A stretch of 64,000 bases of DNA, taken from positions 1 through 64,000 of IMG/VR virus record IMGVR_UViG_3300029957_000008; one strand, written 5' to 3'. The position numbers and the translations under genes were made by a program. Shown here one piece after another: positions 8,446 through 17,656 of this stretch (positions are counted from its first letter, which is position 1; the number at the start of each line of letters is the position of its first letter). The DNA is from a virus. The notes below the pieces were generated by a model, which was given only the letters and a program-made list of their open reading frames with translations, had not been told where the DNA came from and made no database searches.

Positions 8446-10209
8446 CTACCACCACGCCTTAAAGTCGGCCTGCTTAGCTATCGCGTCCTTGACTGGCATA
8501 ATCCCTTGGTCTGTTTCAATTTTGAAGTCTTCAGGGAGCACATGAAGAGTCCCATCCTCGCCTTTCACCTCAATCACGTTTGTATCGTATCCCACTAGCA
8601 GGTCTCTGTGTGGAAAATCTAAATCGACGTCTGGCAGGTGGTTGGATTCAATACGGGTTTTGGTCAAAAACCTCTCAAAGGACAGGTTTTCCTTAATTGG
8701 GTCCAAGTGCGTAATTCCTAAAAGATAAGAAAGAAGGCAACCGGCTGCGCTGCCCCTGGCCACATTCATCAACTGATCTTGGTTTTGGTATAGATTGCAA
8801 ACTTCATAGGCTAAATGAAAATAAGGCAAGAGATCAATTGTCCCGTTCCGGTGAATGGTGTCGATTTCTTTCTTGAGCCTTGCCAGATAAACCGGGTCGT
8901 TCTTCATTCGCCCATGTTTGTTGATCAGTTCTTTGGTGTAGGCCAAGGAGTCCTTTGGAAAGAACTTTGTCGGTAGCTGCGGGGTGTTTTCGAACGTAAA
9001 GCCCTTGAACCCCTCCAACCAGGCGTAGGAGTTGTCTACCCAGCCCTCAAACTCCTTCTCCGAGGTGTTGTGAACTTTCTTGAAATGGGCGTAGGCCTCA
9101 TCGCCCGAAAAACGGTGATAGGAATTGTAGAAACGCCAGTCGCCCATCTGAGCTAGACGAACGTCTTGAACGGCCTTGTACTTAGCGTCAGAAAAATGAC
9201 TGTCGTCGCTCACTAGAATCGGCACATTGTACTTCTGAGCAAGGCCCATAACAAACACGTTAGCGCCGTATTGCAAATCCCCTCCGGGTGCCCACGGCGC
9301 ACATTCGTTCTGAATGAATCCTTCTACTTTCTTGACTGCCAGAATCTTCAAAGGCTTCTCAAAGTCCGTCCACACTCTGTAATTGCAAACAGACACTAGA
9401 AACTTGTGCTTGTTAGGGTCGTACTTGTCCGCTAGCGCTTCGGCCGTTGACGTGCCGGCGTCGGTCCTAATGGTCTTGTCAAAGTAATACCGAATGGTCT
9501 CCTTTGTTCCGTCGTCCTTCTCAACATCAATGAATACGCCCTTGGTGAAGTTATGGCTGCAGACATGTGGAAATACCTCAACAAAAAAACGATCTTTGAA
9601 CAAGCAATGGAGTCGCTCAAAATACGCCGTGGCAATGCCGACCTTTATGTTCTTGGGTACTTCAGGATTAAGAAGGTGTCTGGACACCATCCCGATGACG
9701 CACCCAGAACCAATTGTTACATTGTGCGCGGCCAACTCTTCAATCTCATCCCATCCCCAAATCGGCTTGCGCTCAGAACCATGTTGTTCTGCCCTTGCGT
9801 CAGCTTTTGAAAGCAATCGAACGCCTACCTTATACGCCTTAAAATCACGAAACCCAATAGTAGCATGAAGGTACTTCAAGTGTTCCACAAAGCTACCGTC
9901 TGGATGGTCTTTGGCCCATTTTTCAGCATCAGATCCGCGAGGAACCGTTTTGGTTTTCTGGATGCCGAACCTAGTAAGGATGGGGCAGTCGTCACTTCTC
10001 ACGTACGCCTCAATTCCAATCACGGGCGTCAGGCTATTCTTCTTAGCCAACTCATAAGTCTTATACGCCGCAGACAAAGACCCGTGGTCGGTACAAGTCA
10101 GAGCCCCTGTCCCTAGTTCAACTTCCTTCTTAGCAAAGGCTTCGGGTGTGGATGCCGAGTCCAGACTTTGGGGGTGGCAATGTGGGGTCGTAAAGTTTCC
10201 GTAAGACAT
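8446..10209 (-). CDS. dnaE: DNA polymerase III alpha (DnaE), N-terminal half (PHP domain and palm start)
   Basis: HCH..SLDS, TDHG, GIEAY, DDSH, ARGSAAGCLLSYLLGIT, FERFL, PDVDLDF. Confidence 0.92.
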   Translation of the reverse strand: MSYGNFTTPHCHPQSLDSASTPEAFAKKEVELGTGALTCTDHGSLSAAYKTYELAKKNSLTPVIGIEAYVRSDDCPILTRFGIQKTKTVPRGSDAEKWAKDHPDGSFVEHLKYLHATIGFRDFKAYKVGVRLLSKADARAEQHGSERKPIWGWDEIEELAAHNVTIGSGCVIGMVSRHLLNPEVPKNIKVGIATAYFERLHCLFKDRFFVEVFPHVCSHNFTKGVFIDVEKDDGTKETIRYYFDKTIRTDAGTSTAEALADKYDPNKHKFLVSVCNYRVWTDFEKPLKILAVKKVEGFIQNECAPWAPGGDLQYGANVFVMGLAQKYNVPILVSDDSHFSDAKYKAVQDVRLAQMGDWRFYNSYHRFSGDEAYAHFKKVHNTSEKEFEGWVDNSYAWLEGFKGFTFENTPQLPTKFFPKDSLAYTKELINKHGRMKNDPVYLARLKKEIDTIHRNGTIDLLPYFHLAYEVCNLYQNQDQLMNVARGSAAGCLLSYLLGITHLDPIKENLSFERFLTKTRIESNHLPDVDLDFPHRDLLVGYDTNVIEVKGEDGTLHVLPEDFKIETDQGIMPVKDAIAKQADFKAWW

Positions 10210-10223
10210 CCAGTTCCTAACCT

Positions 10224-10233
10224 CAATCTTTAT
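10224..10233 (+). promoter_or_regulatory. putative late promoter
   Basis: CAATCTTTAT begins 13 nt before in-frame GTG at 10237. Confidence 0.55.
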
Positions 10234-10236
10234 ATT

Positions 10237-11166
10237 GTGGATATAATATCAAAGAAATGTACAAAATGCAACATCGAAAAACAATTAACAGAATTTACTC
10301 CTACAAAAACGGGACTATATAACGTATATAGCATCTGTAGGGTGTGTAAAGCCCTCTCATACAAGAAAAGACGAACAGGGATTAGAGAAGGCACTATTCT
10401 AATAAAGCCAAAAACAGAAAAATACTGTCCAACCTGCAAAGAAACAAAGTTGGTGTCGGAATTTCTTAAACAAAGAGGAGCCTCTGATGGGATTGATAGT
10501 TATTGTAAACAATGTAAATATGAGGCGAATAAACAAAAATGTGAAAATAATAAAAAGCGAAAAAAAATAGCCGTTCCACTAACTAAGTTTTGCCCTGTAT
10601 GCAAATTAACCAAAAACTGCACAGAGTTTCAAAAAGCTTCCAGAAGAGGAGATGGTCTACAGGGTGTCTGCGCTCGGTGTACATCAATAACAGGGAAAGA
10701 ATATTCTACAGTGAGGAATAAGAACTACAACAGAAAGTATAAACAAGATCCCGTATTTAGATTAACCAAAAACCTAAAATTAAGACTTAGGAACGCCCTC
10801 AAAGGAGGAATGAAAACAAAAAGAACGCTAGAGCTTTTGGGATGTACTGGAGAAGAATGTATGGATTATTTAGAAACATTATTTTGGCCCGGAATGACAA
10901 GAGAGAACATGAAGAGATGTGGTTGGCATGTAGACCACATAATCCCCATTGTTGAATTTGATCTTAGTAAATCTGAAGACCAGCGTAGGTGCTTTCACTA
11001 TACAAATCTTCAACCTCTTTGGGCGCACGACAACATATCTAAAAATGACAGATTGGATTGGACTCCGGCAGAGTCAAGTTTTGAGAAACCAGAGCGCCTT
11101 AAGCTGCCGCCTTCTATACCGCCTTCCCGACTGCCCGAATCTGATCCTCCAGCTTCGCAAGCATAG
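10237..11166 (+). CDS. HNH homing endonuclease with three Zn-ribbon repeats
   Basis: three CxxC...CxxC repeats; WHVDHIIP...CFHYTNLQPLWAHDN; ORF open from 10168, start refined to GTG 10237. Confidence 0.87.
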   Translation: MDIISKKCTKCNIEKQLTEFTPTKTGLYNVYSICRVCKALSYKKRRTGIREGTILIKPKTEKYCPTCKETKLVSEFLKQRGASDGIDSYCKQCKYEANKQKCENNKKRKKIAVPLTKFCPVCKLTKNCTEFQKASRRGDGLQGVCARCTSITGKEYSTVRNKNYNRKYKQDPVFRLTKNLKLRLRNALKGGMKTKRTLELLGCTGEECMDYLETLFWPGMTRENMKRCGWHVDHIIPIVEFDLSKSEDQRRCFHYTNLQPLWAHDNISKNDRLDWTPAESSFEKPERLKLPPSIPPSRLPESDPPASQA

Positions 11167-11320
11167 CGACATTGTACTTATGGGCTTCTGTTTCCTTAGC
11201 CAAGTCCTTGTGTAGCTTTTCAAGGTACTTGTCGCAAGCCTCCTGTGCTTCCTGGTACCTCTTCCGCTCGTCCAGCAGTCGCTTGAGTTCTTCAAAGGTC
11301 ATAGGTTGGTCGTTTTTCAT
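11114..11320 (-). CDS. hypothetical coiled-coil protein
   Basis: GGAG RBS, overlaps upstream stop. Confidence 0.55.
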   Translation of the reverse strand: MKNDQPMTFEELKRLLDERKRYQEAQEACDKYLEKLHKDLAKETEAHKYNVAMLAKLEDQIRAVGKAV

Positions 11321-11974
11321 TGAGTGTCTCCTGTAAAAGTTGCCTGCTGCAGGACCATAACACCTTGAGCTGTAATGGTCGTTACGATTTTGTTTGAGAT
11401 GTCCATGATTTCTGGTGTCTCAAGGCCGAGCTTGATAGCTACCTTGGTCAGTCGTCGAAGGCTCCGCAGAGGAGTTCCATGCTGTTTGTTAGTAGCTCCG
11501 CAGAAGAACGTTGTCTGAGCCGCCATAGCCGCAATGAAATCTTTGCTGGCGTAAGCGGTCACCTTAAGATGGTATGATCCGTCGATATGAACCTTCGCCC
11601 CCCACCTTACAATGAGCAAAATCAAACCCACCAACCAACTCCTCAACGCTCTTACAGACCGGTCCTCGACACAGTTGAATAACCATACCGTTATGGTTGT
11701 AAGTCAGATACTCTGGGGCTGTGCCAATGGCCGAATGAAGCGGCCCTTCATGGCCGAATTCCGGCCAAATATCCAGGTCTTTGACTTCTCCCTTATAGAA
11801 ACATCCACCAGCAATAAAGAAGTCTCTAATCCCTTTACTGGTAAAGAACTCAAGATGCGGCTCAAGCAGCTTGCCAACACGAAAGGCTAGCTGGCGTCGA
11901 ACGTAGGTCTGAATGTTGTCCAAATCTCCCAGTATATCATCCGGATTCGTTGGACAAATTTGCGAATCATACAT
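11317..11974 (-). pseudogene. nucleotidyltransferase (PolyA-pol head-like), frameshifted at a G6 run
   Basis: FIAGGC...KDLDIW and FDFAHCKVG in 11564..11974; removing one G at 11598-11603 continues into AKVHID...RSLRRLTK of 11317..11646. Confidence 0.6.
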
Positions 11975-12602
11975 ATTGAATCTCCTTTAATGTCATGTTA
12001 ACAATAGCTGGTGGAATACTAAGGGTGTAGTCAGCCGTAATAATATCATGTTTCCAGTCCCAAAAGCAAAGCTTATTGCCTGAGTTTGGATAGAAATGAG
12101 CAATCAGACAGTCCTTGGGGAATGACTCACCCGGAATGAACTGCAGGCGGCCTTCTAGAAGGTACAGGTCTGCGTGCTTAAGAACTCTCTTCCTAAACGC
12201 CTTGGTCGTCCCATAGGGAATAAGCAGCGTAATCACGGCGCCATTGGCCGATTCGGCCATACAACGCGCCGCCCACTTATCGATGTCACCAAATTCGCAA
12301 TTCAAGTAGAACAATCCACCTAACTGCTTGTAAATCTCCGACCAGTTATGGTCAAAGCTATCAATCCCGTAGGCTTCCTTATCGAAAGGCAAGGGGCCTT
12401 CTGGCCCGGTACAGGGTGCTAGGTACCTCTCACAAATCCTGTTATAACTCCTAGCAGCCAGATCGAGCGTAATTTTACCAAAACGCTTCTCGACCGCAGC
12501 TACGAACTCTTTAGGAGTTTGATAATCTTGCTTGCTATGTTTCCCGGTTGAAATTCTTGCCACGACAGGGACTATCTTACCCCAATCCTGGCGCGAAGGC
12601 AA
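11967..12602 (-). CDS. phage DNA N6-adenine methyltransferase (Dam-like)
   Basis: DYQTP...FGKITLDLAA...LNCEF...W...LLIP...GRLQF; probable start GTG near 12563. Confidence 0.72.
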   Translation of the reverse strand: MPSRQDWGKIVPVVARISTGKHSKQDYQTPKEFVAAVEKRFGKITLDLAARSYNRICERYLAPCTGPEGPLPFDKEAYGIDSFDHNWSEIYKQLGGLFYLNCEFGDIDKWAARCMAESANGAVITLLIPYGTTKAFRKRVLKHADLYLLEGRLQFIPGESFPKDCLIAHFYPNSGNKLCFWDWKHDIITADYTLSIPPAIVNMTLKEIQYV

Positions 12603-12805
12603 GTAACAATTGCTTTATAACGTTCCTCAAGCTCGATTTCTGTCATCAGCAGGCCGTCAGCAATAATATGGTCCGGGACGCCGTTGGGGTACTTCTCTAG
12701 GAGCTTATTAACCGAATAGCCGTACCGGCGAAGCGAAATGAAGTCAGGATCGTCTTGGATTTTCACTTGCATCTCTTCCGGAGTCTTTCCTGCCTGCGTA
12801 CTCAT
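12572..12805 (-). CDS. hypothetical protein
   Basis: coupled ORF in operon. Confidence 0.6.
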   Translation of the reverse strand: MSTQAGKTPEEMQVKIQDDPDFISLRRYGYSVNKLLEKYPNGVPDHIIADGLLMTEIELEERYKAIVTCLRARIGVR

Positions 12806-13194
12806 TTTGCTTCCTCGATATTAGTAATGTTGTTGCTTGCCGCCTTCATCTTGGCTTCCAAGGCTGCGTATTGGGCCTTAAAGCCCTTCATGTCCTTATC
12901 AAACCCCTTGACTTTAGTCTCCCAGACCAGCTTGGCTATCTTGGCGTCCGTCCGGCTCTTGTCAAAGGCGTCGGTCCTGTTGGCCGTGTCTACATAGGCC
13001 GACAGCGACACCACGTCGTTCTTTTTCACGTACTGGAAGGCGGCTTTTGCTTCCTCGTAGCCTTTGTCCAGAACTTCTATGTACTTTTCAGCCTTGATTA
13101 GCTCGTTCCTTGCGCCTGCCAGGTTGATGGAAGTGTCATTGATCTTATTAAAAACTTCCTGCAGTTGGAGCTGGATCGTAGAGTAAATTTCCAC
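12802..13194 (-). CDS. hypothetical coiled-coil protein
   Basis: heptad-rich coupled ORF. Confidence 0.6.
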   Translation of the reverse strand: MEIYSTIQLQLQEVFNKINDTSINLAGARNELIKAEKYIEVLDKGYEEAKAAFQYVKKNDVVSLSAYVDTANRTDAFDKSRTDAKIAKLVWETKVKGFDKDMKGFKAQYAALEAKMKAASNNITNIEEAK

Positions 13195-14324
13195 TAAAAC
13201 CCCTCGAAGGGTGTGATGATGTCGTTGTACTTGGAATCTTTTTCCGCGCCATCTACAACGATGAATCGTTGGTCTCCGATGGCGTGATTTTCAATACTCT
13301 CGAAAAGCCATTGCCCGCAGGTGTTGTCTGGGCTTCCAATGCTCAAAGAGAAGGCGTCAGGAGGAACCAAGGCGCCGTTGGTAATAACCGTTACCTCACC
13401 TGGCAGGTTAATAATGCTACCTGTGTGTACGTGTCCTACAGCGAAGATAGCAAATGGCCCACCGACGTTCCTGGCAGTATTCCACTTTGCTACCTGGTGA
13501 GCTAAAGCCTTGACGTTAATGCTGTTTCCTGGAAACCCTGGCTTAAAAACCGTGTCACCGTGGGTGAAAAAACCTTTGGAGTTGAAAAGCGGGACGGTAT
13601 AGTAAGGAGTCTTTGGAATGTTGATTTTTACGTTAGTAACGCCAGAGTTCATCACAGCAGTTTTTACTGCGTAGTACACCATCGTCTCAATGGCGTCCCA
13701 CTTGCTCTGAACTCCTCGCTCAGGGTGTCTTTGGAGGTTCCTGCCGTGGTTTCCCGGAGTTACCCAGACTTCTACCGAGGGATAGTTGGCGGAAACGAAT
13801 AGAACGAACTGAGTCAGATAGTGAACTGCAGCTGCAAACTGAACCGAAAGAGGATCCCCATCCCTGGCGTCATGTAGCTGATTCTGGATGATGTCCCCTA
13901 GAATGTGGACAATCAGCTTGGTCTCTTGCCTGTACTGCCTCTTGTAATCCGCCACTTGAAGGGCGACGCGCCCTAATCGGCGGGATTCTTGGATAACAGC
14001 ATACTCAAGTGGACACTCTACAGGATCAAGGTGTGATCCAAAGTGAAGGTCTGACAGTAGGATGTTAACTATGCGCTTATGAACTGCGTGGAGTCTCTTG
14101 CCCGTGTACTTTGGTGGTGTACACCAGTTCTTCTTGAATCCCTTGGCTAGGGAGTCTGTCAGCTGGTTAACCAACAGAACATCCCTAGCCGTAGCAACCG
14201 CAACCCTCTTATCTACACTTGACTTATTGGAAGACTTAAGCTCAATTCCTTTTTCTAAGAGGTAGTCAAATACTAGGGCTTCGGCTGCCGTATCTTTTGG
14301 CATAAAACTCCAAATTGTAAGCAA
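13194..14324 (-). CDS. calcineurin-like metallophosphoesterase
   Basis: LSDLHFG, LGDII, PGNHGR, THGD, GHVH. Confidence 0.85.
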   Translation of the reverse strand: MLTIWSFMPKDTAAEALVFDYLLEKGIELKSSNKSSVDKRVAVATARDVLLVNQLTDSLAKGFKKNWCTPPKYTGKRLHAVHKRIVNILLSDLHFGSHLDPVECPLEYAVIQESRRLGRVALQVADYKRQYRQETKLIVHILGDIIQNQLHDARDGDPLSVQFAAAVHYLTQFVLFVSANYPSVEVWVTPGNHGRNLQRHPERGVQSKWDAIETMVYYAVKTAVMNSGVTNVKINIPKTPYYTVPLFNSKGFFTHGDTVFKPGFPGNSINVKALAHQVAKWNTARNVGGPFAIFAVGHVHTGSIINLPGEVTVITNGALVPPDAFSLSIGSPDNTCGQWLFESIENHAIGDQRFIVVDGAEKDSKYNDIITPFEGF

Positions 14325-14330
14325 GAATTA

Positions 14331-14507
14331 TTAATTAGCTCGTGCGCTTTGCAACTCAGCGTTTTCTGCAATAATGGCTTGGTAGAACTTTTCAAGCGCC
14401 CCAGATTTATCACACCCGGCGTCAATCAGTGACTGTAGCGGTTCAAGCATTTGAGTTAGGGTGAAAATCTTTTGATTGAGTATATTTGACGGAGAAAGGT
14501 CTTCCAT
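14331..14507 (-). CDS. small hypothetical protein (58 aa, below ORF-track cut-off)
   Basis: MEDLSPSNILNQ...SARAN with AGGAG RBS. Confidence 0.55.
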   Translation of the reverse strand: MEDLSPSNILNQKIFTLTQMLEPLQSLIDAGCDKSGALEKFYQAIIAENAELQSARAN

Positions 14508-14512
14508 GATGG

Positions 14513-14842
14513 TTACTCCTTAGCTGCTAGCTCTCGCTCAGTTTCCATAGCCTCAATCATGGCGATAGAATAAGTTTTAGATAAAGCCTGTGCCCTTGGC
14601 TTAACATCATCTCCAAGAGGCTGACTGGTGTAATACAGGCGTTCGCACTCCTGGGCCATCCGATCAAGAAACAGACACTCAAAACGGATCTTTTCTAGAG
14701 GAGTTGGCTCTGGTTGGGCCTGCGGAGTAGTCTCCAAGAGCTCTTTGCAGCCATTAAGGAGCTTCTCTATGTACCCTTCCTGAGTCATTGGTTGATGACA
14801 CTGAAGAGTCCCGTGGTCAGGCGTCGGATCCTCGGTTGGCAT
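14513..14842 (-). CDS. hypothetical protein
   Basis: TAATG coupling with upstream gene. Confidence 0.6.
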   Translation of the reverse strand: MPTEDPTPDHGTLQCHQPMTQEGYIEKLLNGCKELLETTPQAQPEPTPLEKIRFECLFLDRMAQECERLYYTSQPLGDDVKPRAQALSKTYSIAMIEAMETERELAAKE

Positions 14843-15471
14843 TACCCGTTCTCCGGGTTCACAGCAAACGTCGTGTCCGGAAGCATTTCCGCCGCAGGGG
14901 CTTCTACTGTCTCATCCTGAGCCACCACGTTGTAGCACTCAAGAATCTCAACAGTCCCGCCTTCAGGAAGAGTGACCACATCGCCAACGTTCTTGTCGGT
15001 CAGCAGTTCCTTAACACCAGCCGTGAACTGAACCAAAGCTAGGTGGTTGCGCACAGGGTATCGAAGCCCTCCATCCTGATCCTTCTGTGTGACAACCAGG
15101 ATGTCCGTGTCGTTCTTCACAACGCCGGCTTCAACAAGCTTGCCTTCGGCCAAAAACATCTTCACACTCTCAGCGGCCTTGGCCGACTGGACTTCCAGCT
15201 CCGCAATCCGATTCTCTTTGACCCGTTCAATAATCTTGGCCTCAACATCCTTACCAAGGACTTCCATCAAGGCCCGAAGCAAACGGTCCATACCGTCAAC
15301 GCTCTTGTTAGAGTCCTGCAGGTCAGTCGCCACTTCCTTGAAGGAAGCATCAATCGACTCAACCATCTTGGCATAAGCTCGCTCTAGGTTTGAAATTCGG
15401 CCCACGGCATCTTCCCGCTGCTTGGCATTGGTAAGTGATGGATCCTTCTTCGGCTTCAACATGTTCTTCAT
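14842..15471 (-). CDS. coiled-coil protein with possible FKBP-like C-terminal domain
   Basis: FTAGVKELLTDKNVGDVVTL resembles FKBP/trigger-factor segment. Confidence 0.5.
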   Translation of the reverse strand: MKNMLKPKKDPSLTNAKQREDAVGRISNLERAYAKMVESIDASFKEVATDLQDSNKSVDGMDRLLRALMEVLGKDVEAKIIERVKENRIAELEVQSAKAAESVKMFLAEGKLVEAGVVKNDTDILVVTQKDQDGGLRYPVRNHLALVQFTAGVKELLTDKNVGDVVTLPEGGTVEILECYNVVAQDETVEAPAAEMLPDTTFAVNPENG

Positions 15472-15503
15472 TACTTTGTATCTCCTAAATGGTTAAAAGT
15501 CAG

Positions 15504-15740
15504 TTAGCTAATCCAGGCGGCTTTCTTTACTGCCGCACTAGAGGTAACATCTACTGTGTACTTGTTTTTGTCGGTAACTGGAACAACATAGAGGTCGTAT
15601 TCTCCAGATTTTGGTTTGTATTCACTAAGGTATTCTTGAATTGCGTCCTTTTCATCCGTCGCCCTGACAATGGCGTAGGCGTAGTCAAGCCCGTCAAAAT
15701 TCACCACAACATAATCCTGCATGTCTTTCTTCTTACCCAT
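15504..15740 (-). CDS. hypothetical protein
   Basis: AGGAG RBS. Confidence 0.65.
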   Translation of the reverse strand: MGKKKDMQDYVVVNFDGLDYAYAIVRATDEKDAIQEYLSEYKPKSGEYDLYVVPVTDKNKYTVDVTSSAAVKKAAWIS

Positions 15741-15752
15741 GATATCTCCTTT

Positions 15753-16820
15753 TTAAACTCCGTACTGACCTAACGACCCAGCCCCTTGTGCCCTATCTAC
15801 CGGCCTACCACCCGCCTCTGTGTCTAACTGTCTCATGTTCCTATCTGCTGCCTGACCGGCATTCTGAGCCGTTATGTAAGCCATTTGTCCAATGTCAGGA
15901 AATGGAGTAGCTCCCGGTTCGGGCTTTCGAGGGGTCTGGTCCTTGTTAATAACCTTGAAAGTCTCACCCTCAATTGTCTTAACTACCTGCATACCATTGC
16001 GTAGGGTGATGTAGGTCTCGGGCTTCATATTGTCAATCCGTTGCTTCTCTACCGGCCCGTACTCACCAGGGTTCATTGGAACCCAAGCTGCCTTATAGGT
16101 CCTTCCATTCTCCTGGAAGATTTGATCGGGCGGTTCTGGCGCCTTAGACTTTTGAGGAAGGGAAGCCTTGACCTTGTCTGAAAGAGCCCCCTCAACCTTT
16201 GCTACCGTGGTTGGAGCTACGGGCTTCTGTGGTGCCGGTTTAGGGGTTTGAGCTACTGGAGTCGGCTTGGGGGGCTCGGGAGCCTCTACTTGCATCTCCT
16301 GAGGCAGCTTGCGCTGCTTTAACTGCGGCTTCTTTGCCGGCAATTTGGCCGTAACGGCCACTGGAGCCGGCTTTTGAATAACTACAGGCGTACTCTCTGT
16401 CTTCTTAGGAGACAGTTTAGGGTTATTAAGAATACTTACGGCAAGGGACTTCAGGATCAATGTCTCTTGAGGTGTGAAGTCGCTCTTCACAACCACTTCC
16501 TGGACCTCCTGCTCAATTCCTAGGAGCTTTCTCAGTTGTAGCTGAGCAAACCCCTGGAACTCAACAGTAACCTCTCTAACCGCATCTGAGTCGCCGTCAA
16601 ACAACTCACCAGTAATCCATTGGCGGTACAACATGGCTTTTTCAAGCCGGGTTTCCGCCTCTGAAAACTTGGCGTCTACCTGAGAATCCGACAGCTCCTG
16701 GGCACTTACTAGCGGCTCCCCTTCCTGAACTACTGGAGCCGTTTGTTGCTGGTAAGGTGTGCCGTCTGTCTCCGGTGTAGAGTCGGGAGAAAGTCGGGCT
16801 AATTCTTCTAAAAGGTCCAT
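15753..16820 (-). CDS. hypothetical Pro/Lys-rich protein
   Basis: 355-aa ORF directly downstream of a consensus promoter. Confidence 0.7.
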   Translation of the reverse strand: MDLLEELARLSPDSTPETDGTPYQQQTAPVVQEGEPLVSAQELSDSQVDAKFSEAETRLEKAMLYRQWITGELFDGDSDAVREVTVEFQGFAQLQLRKLLGIEQEVQEVVVKSDFTPQETLILKSLAVSILNNPKLSPKKTESTPVVIQKPAPVAVTAKLPAKKPQLKQRKLPQEMQVEAPEPPKPTPVAQTPKPAPQKPVAPTTVAKVEGALSDKVKASLPQKSKAPEPPDQIFQENGRTYKAAWVPMNPGEYGPVEKQRIDNMKPETYITLRNGMQVVKTIEGETFKVINKDQTPRKPEPGATPFPDIGQMAYITAQNAGQAADRNMRQLDTEAGGRPVDRAQGAGSLGQYGV

Positions 16821-16831
16821 GCGATTTGAAT

Positions 16832-16859
16832 ATTATACCACAACTACACGGAGTGTCAA
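16832..16859 (-). promoter_or_regulatory. sigma70-type promoter
   Basis: TTGACA-16-TATAAT with TGTGG extended -10. Confidence 0.8.
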
Positions 16860-16866
16860 CGAATAT

Positions 16867-17538
16867 TTAACAAAAATTACTAGCGGTCATCGTAGAATGC
16901 TGTTGATCGTCGGGGATACCACAGACACCTAGGCAGAGGTGAGAGACCTCGTGACGAACCAAGCCGATAAACGTCTCCTTGGTCTTAATAACGTTGCCGT
17001 CATAGACTACCTGGATACTATTGCCTTGGGTAGCGCCAACAAGCAGCCTGTTGTAAAAAGTCGCCACAAACGGCGCATTCACAATGGAAATAGTAGCGCC
17101 GGAAAAGGCGGCTAGAATGGTGCCCGATGAGACCTTGCAGTAACCACTCCAGAACTTGATGCAGTTGTCAATCTCGTTCTGAATGTCTAGGTAGACAGGG
17201 TTCCCAAACTGGCTACTGAAGCCAAATTGAACAGGGAGATACCAGCCAGCACTCTTGAGCAAGGAATAAGAGGCTACGTCGGGGGTAATTGCAGTACCTT
17301 GGGTGGTTTGATAAGAGTTGTTCCACTTTGAGAAGGTTAGATACAGGTCGTCATACCTGTAACAAGTCAAAAAGGCTACAGTCCCTAGAACTAGCCCAGA
17401 GATGAGATAGTACATAAAGGATTCCATGTTTAGTGGCTTAGCGTAGATAGTAGCCACCATAACTGCGATAGCAAACAGTCCGATCATGGCCCATGGCCAG
17501 GCGTCGGAAAAGGTGAATAGCTTCTTTTGGATTTTCAT
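16867..17538 (-). CDS. membrane protein with HExxH zinc-peptidase motif
   Basis: two N-terminal hydrophobic helices; VRHEVSHLCL. Confidence 0.6.
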   Translation of the reverse strand: MKIQKKLFTFSDAWPWAMIGLFAIAVMVATIYAKPLNMESFMYYLISGLVLGTVAFLTCYRYDDLYLTFSKWNNSYQTTQGTAITPDVASYSLLKSAGWYLPVQFGFSSQFGNPVYLDIQNEIDNCIKFWSGYCKVSSGTILAAFSGATISIVNAPFVATFYNRLLVGATQGNSIQVVYDGNVIKTKETFIGLVRHEVSHLCLGVCGIPDDQQHSTMTASNFC

Positions 17539-17654
17539 TAGATTGTCTCCAGTAACATTTTTAGAAATCTACGATCAAGTTCCTTCTGTCGCTTGACTAC
17601 CTTCGCCGAAGTCTTCTTCTTCCAACTTGGCCTAACTCTTGCTTTCTTTGCCAT
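17538..17654 (-). CDS. small basic peptide (38 aa)
   Basis: MAKKARVRPSWKKK...; GGAG RBS and TAATG coupling. Confidence 0.45.
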   Translation of the reverse strand: MAKKARVRPSWKKKTSAKVVKRQKELDRRFLKMLLETI

Positions 17655-17656
17655 TT

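Noticed and set aside
8444-8448. TAG readthrough or alternative genetic code joining the dnaE halves
   Set aside because: The two ORFs are in different frames, and TAG terminates many intact genes in this window.
17536-17546. CAATCTAATG as a late promoter
   Set aside because: It is the coding end of a small upstream ORF with TAATG coupling and lacks the TT and spacing of the motif.
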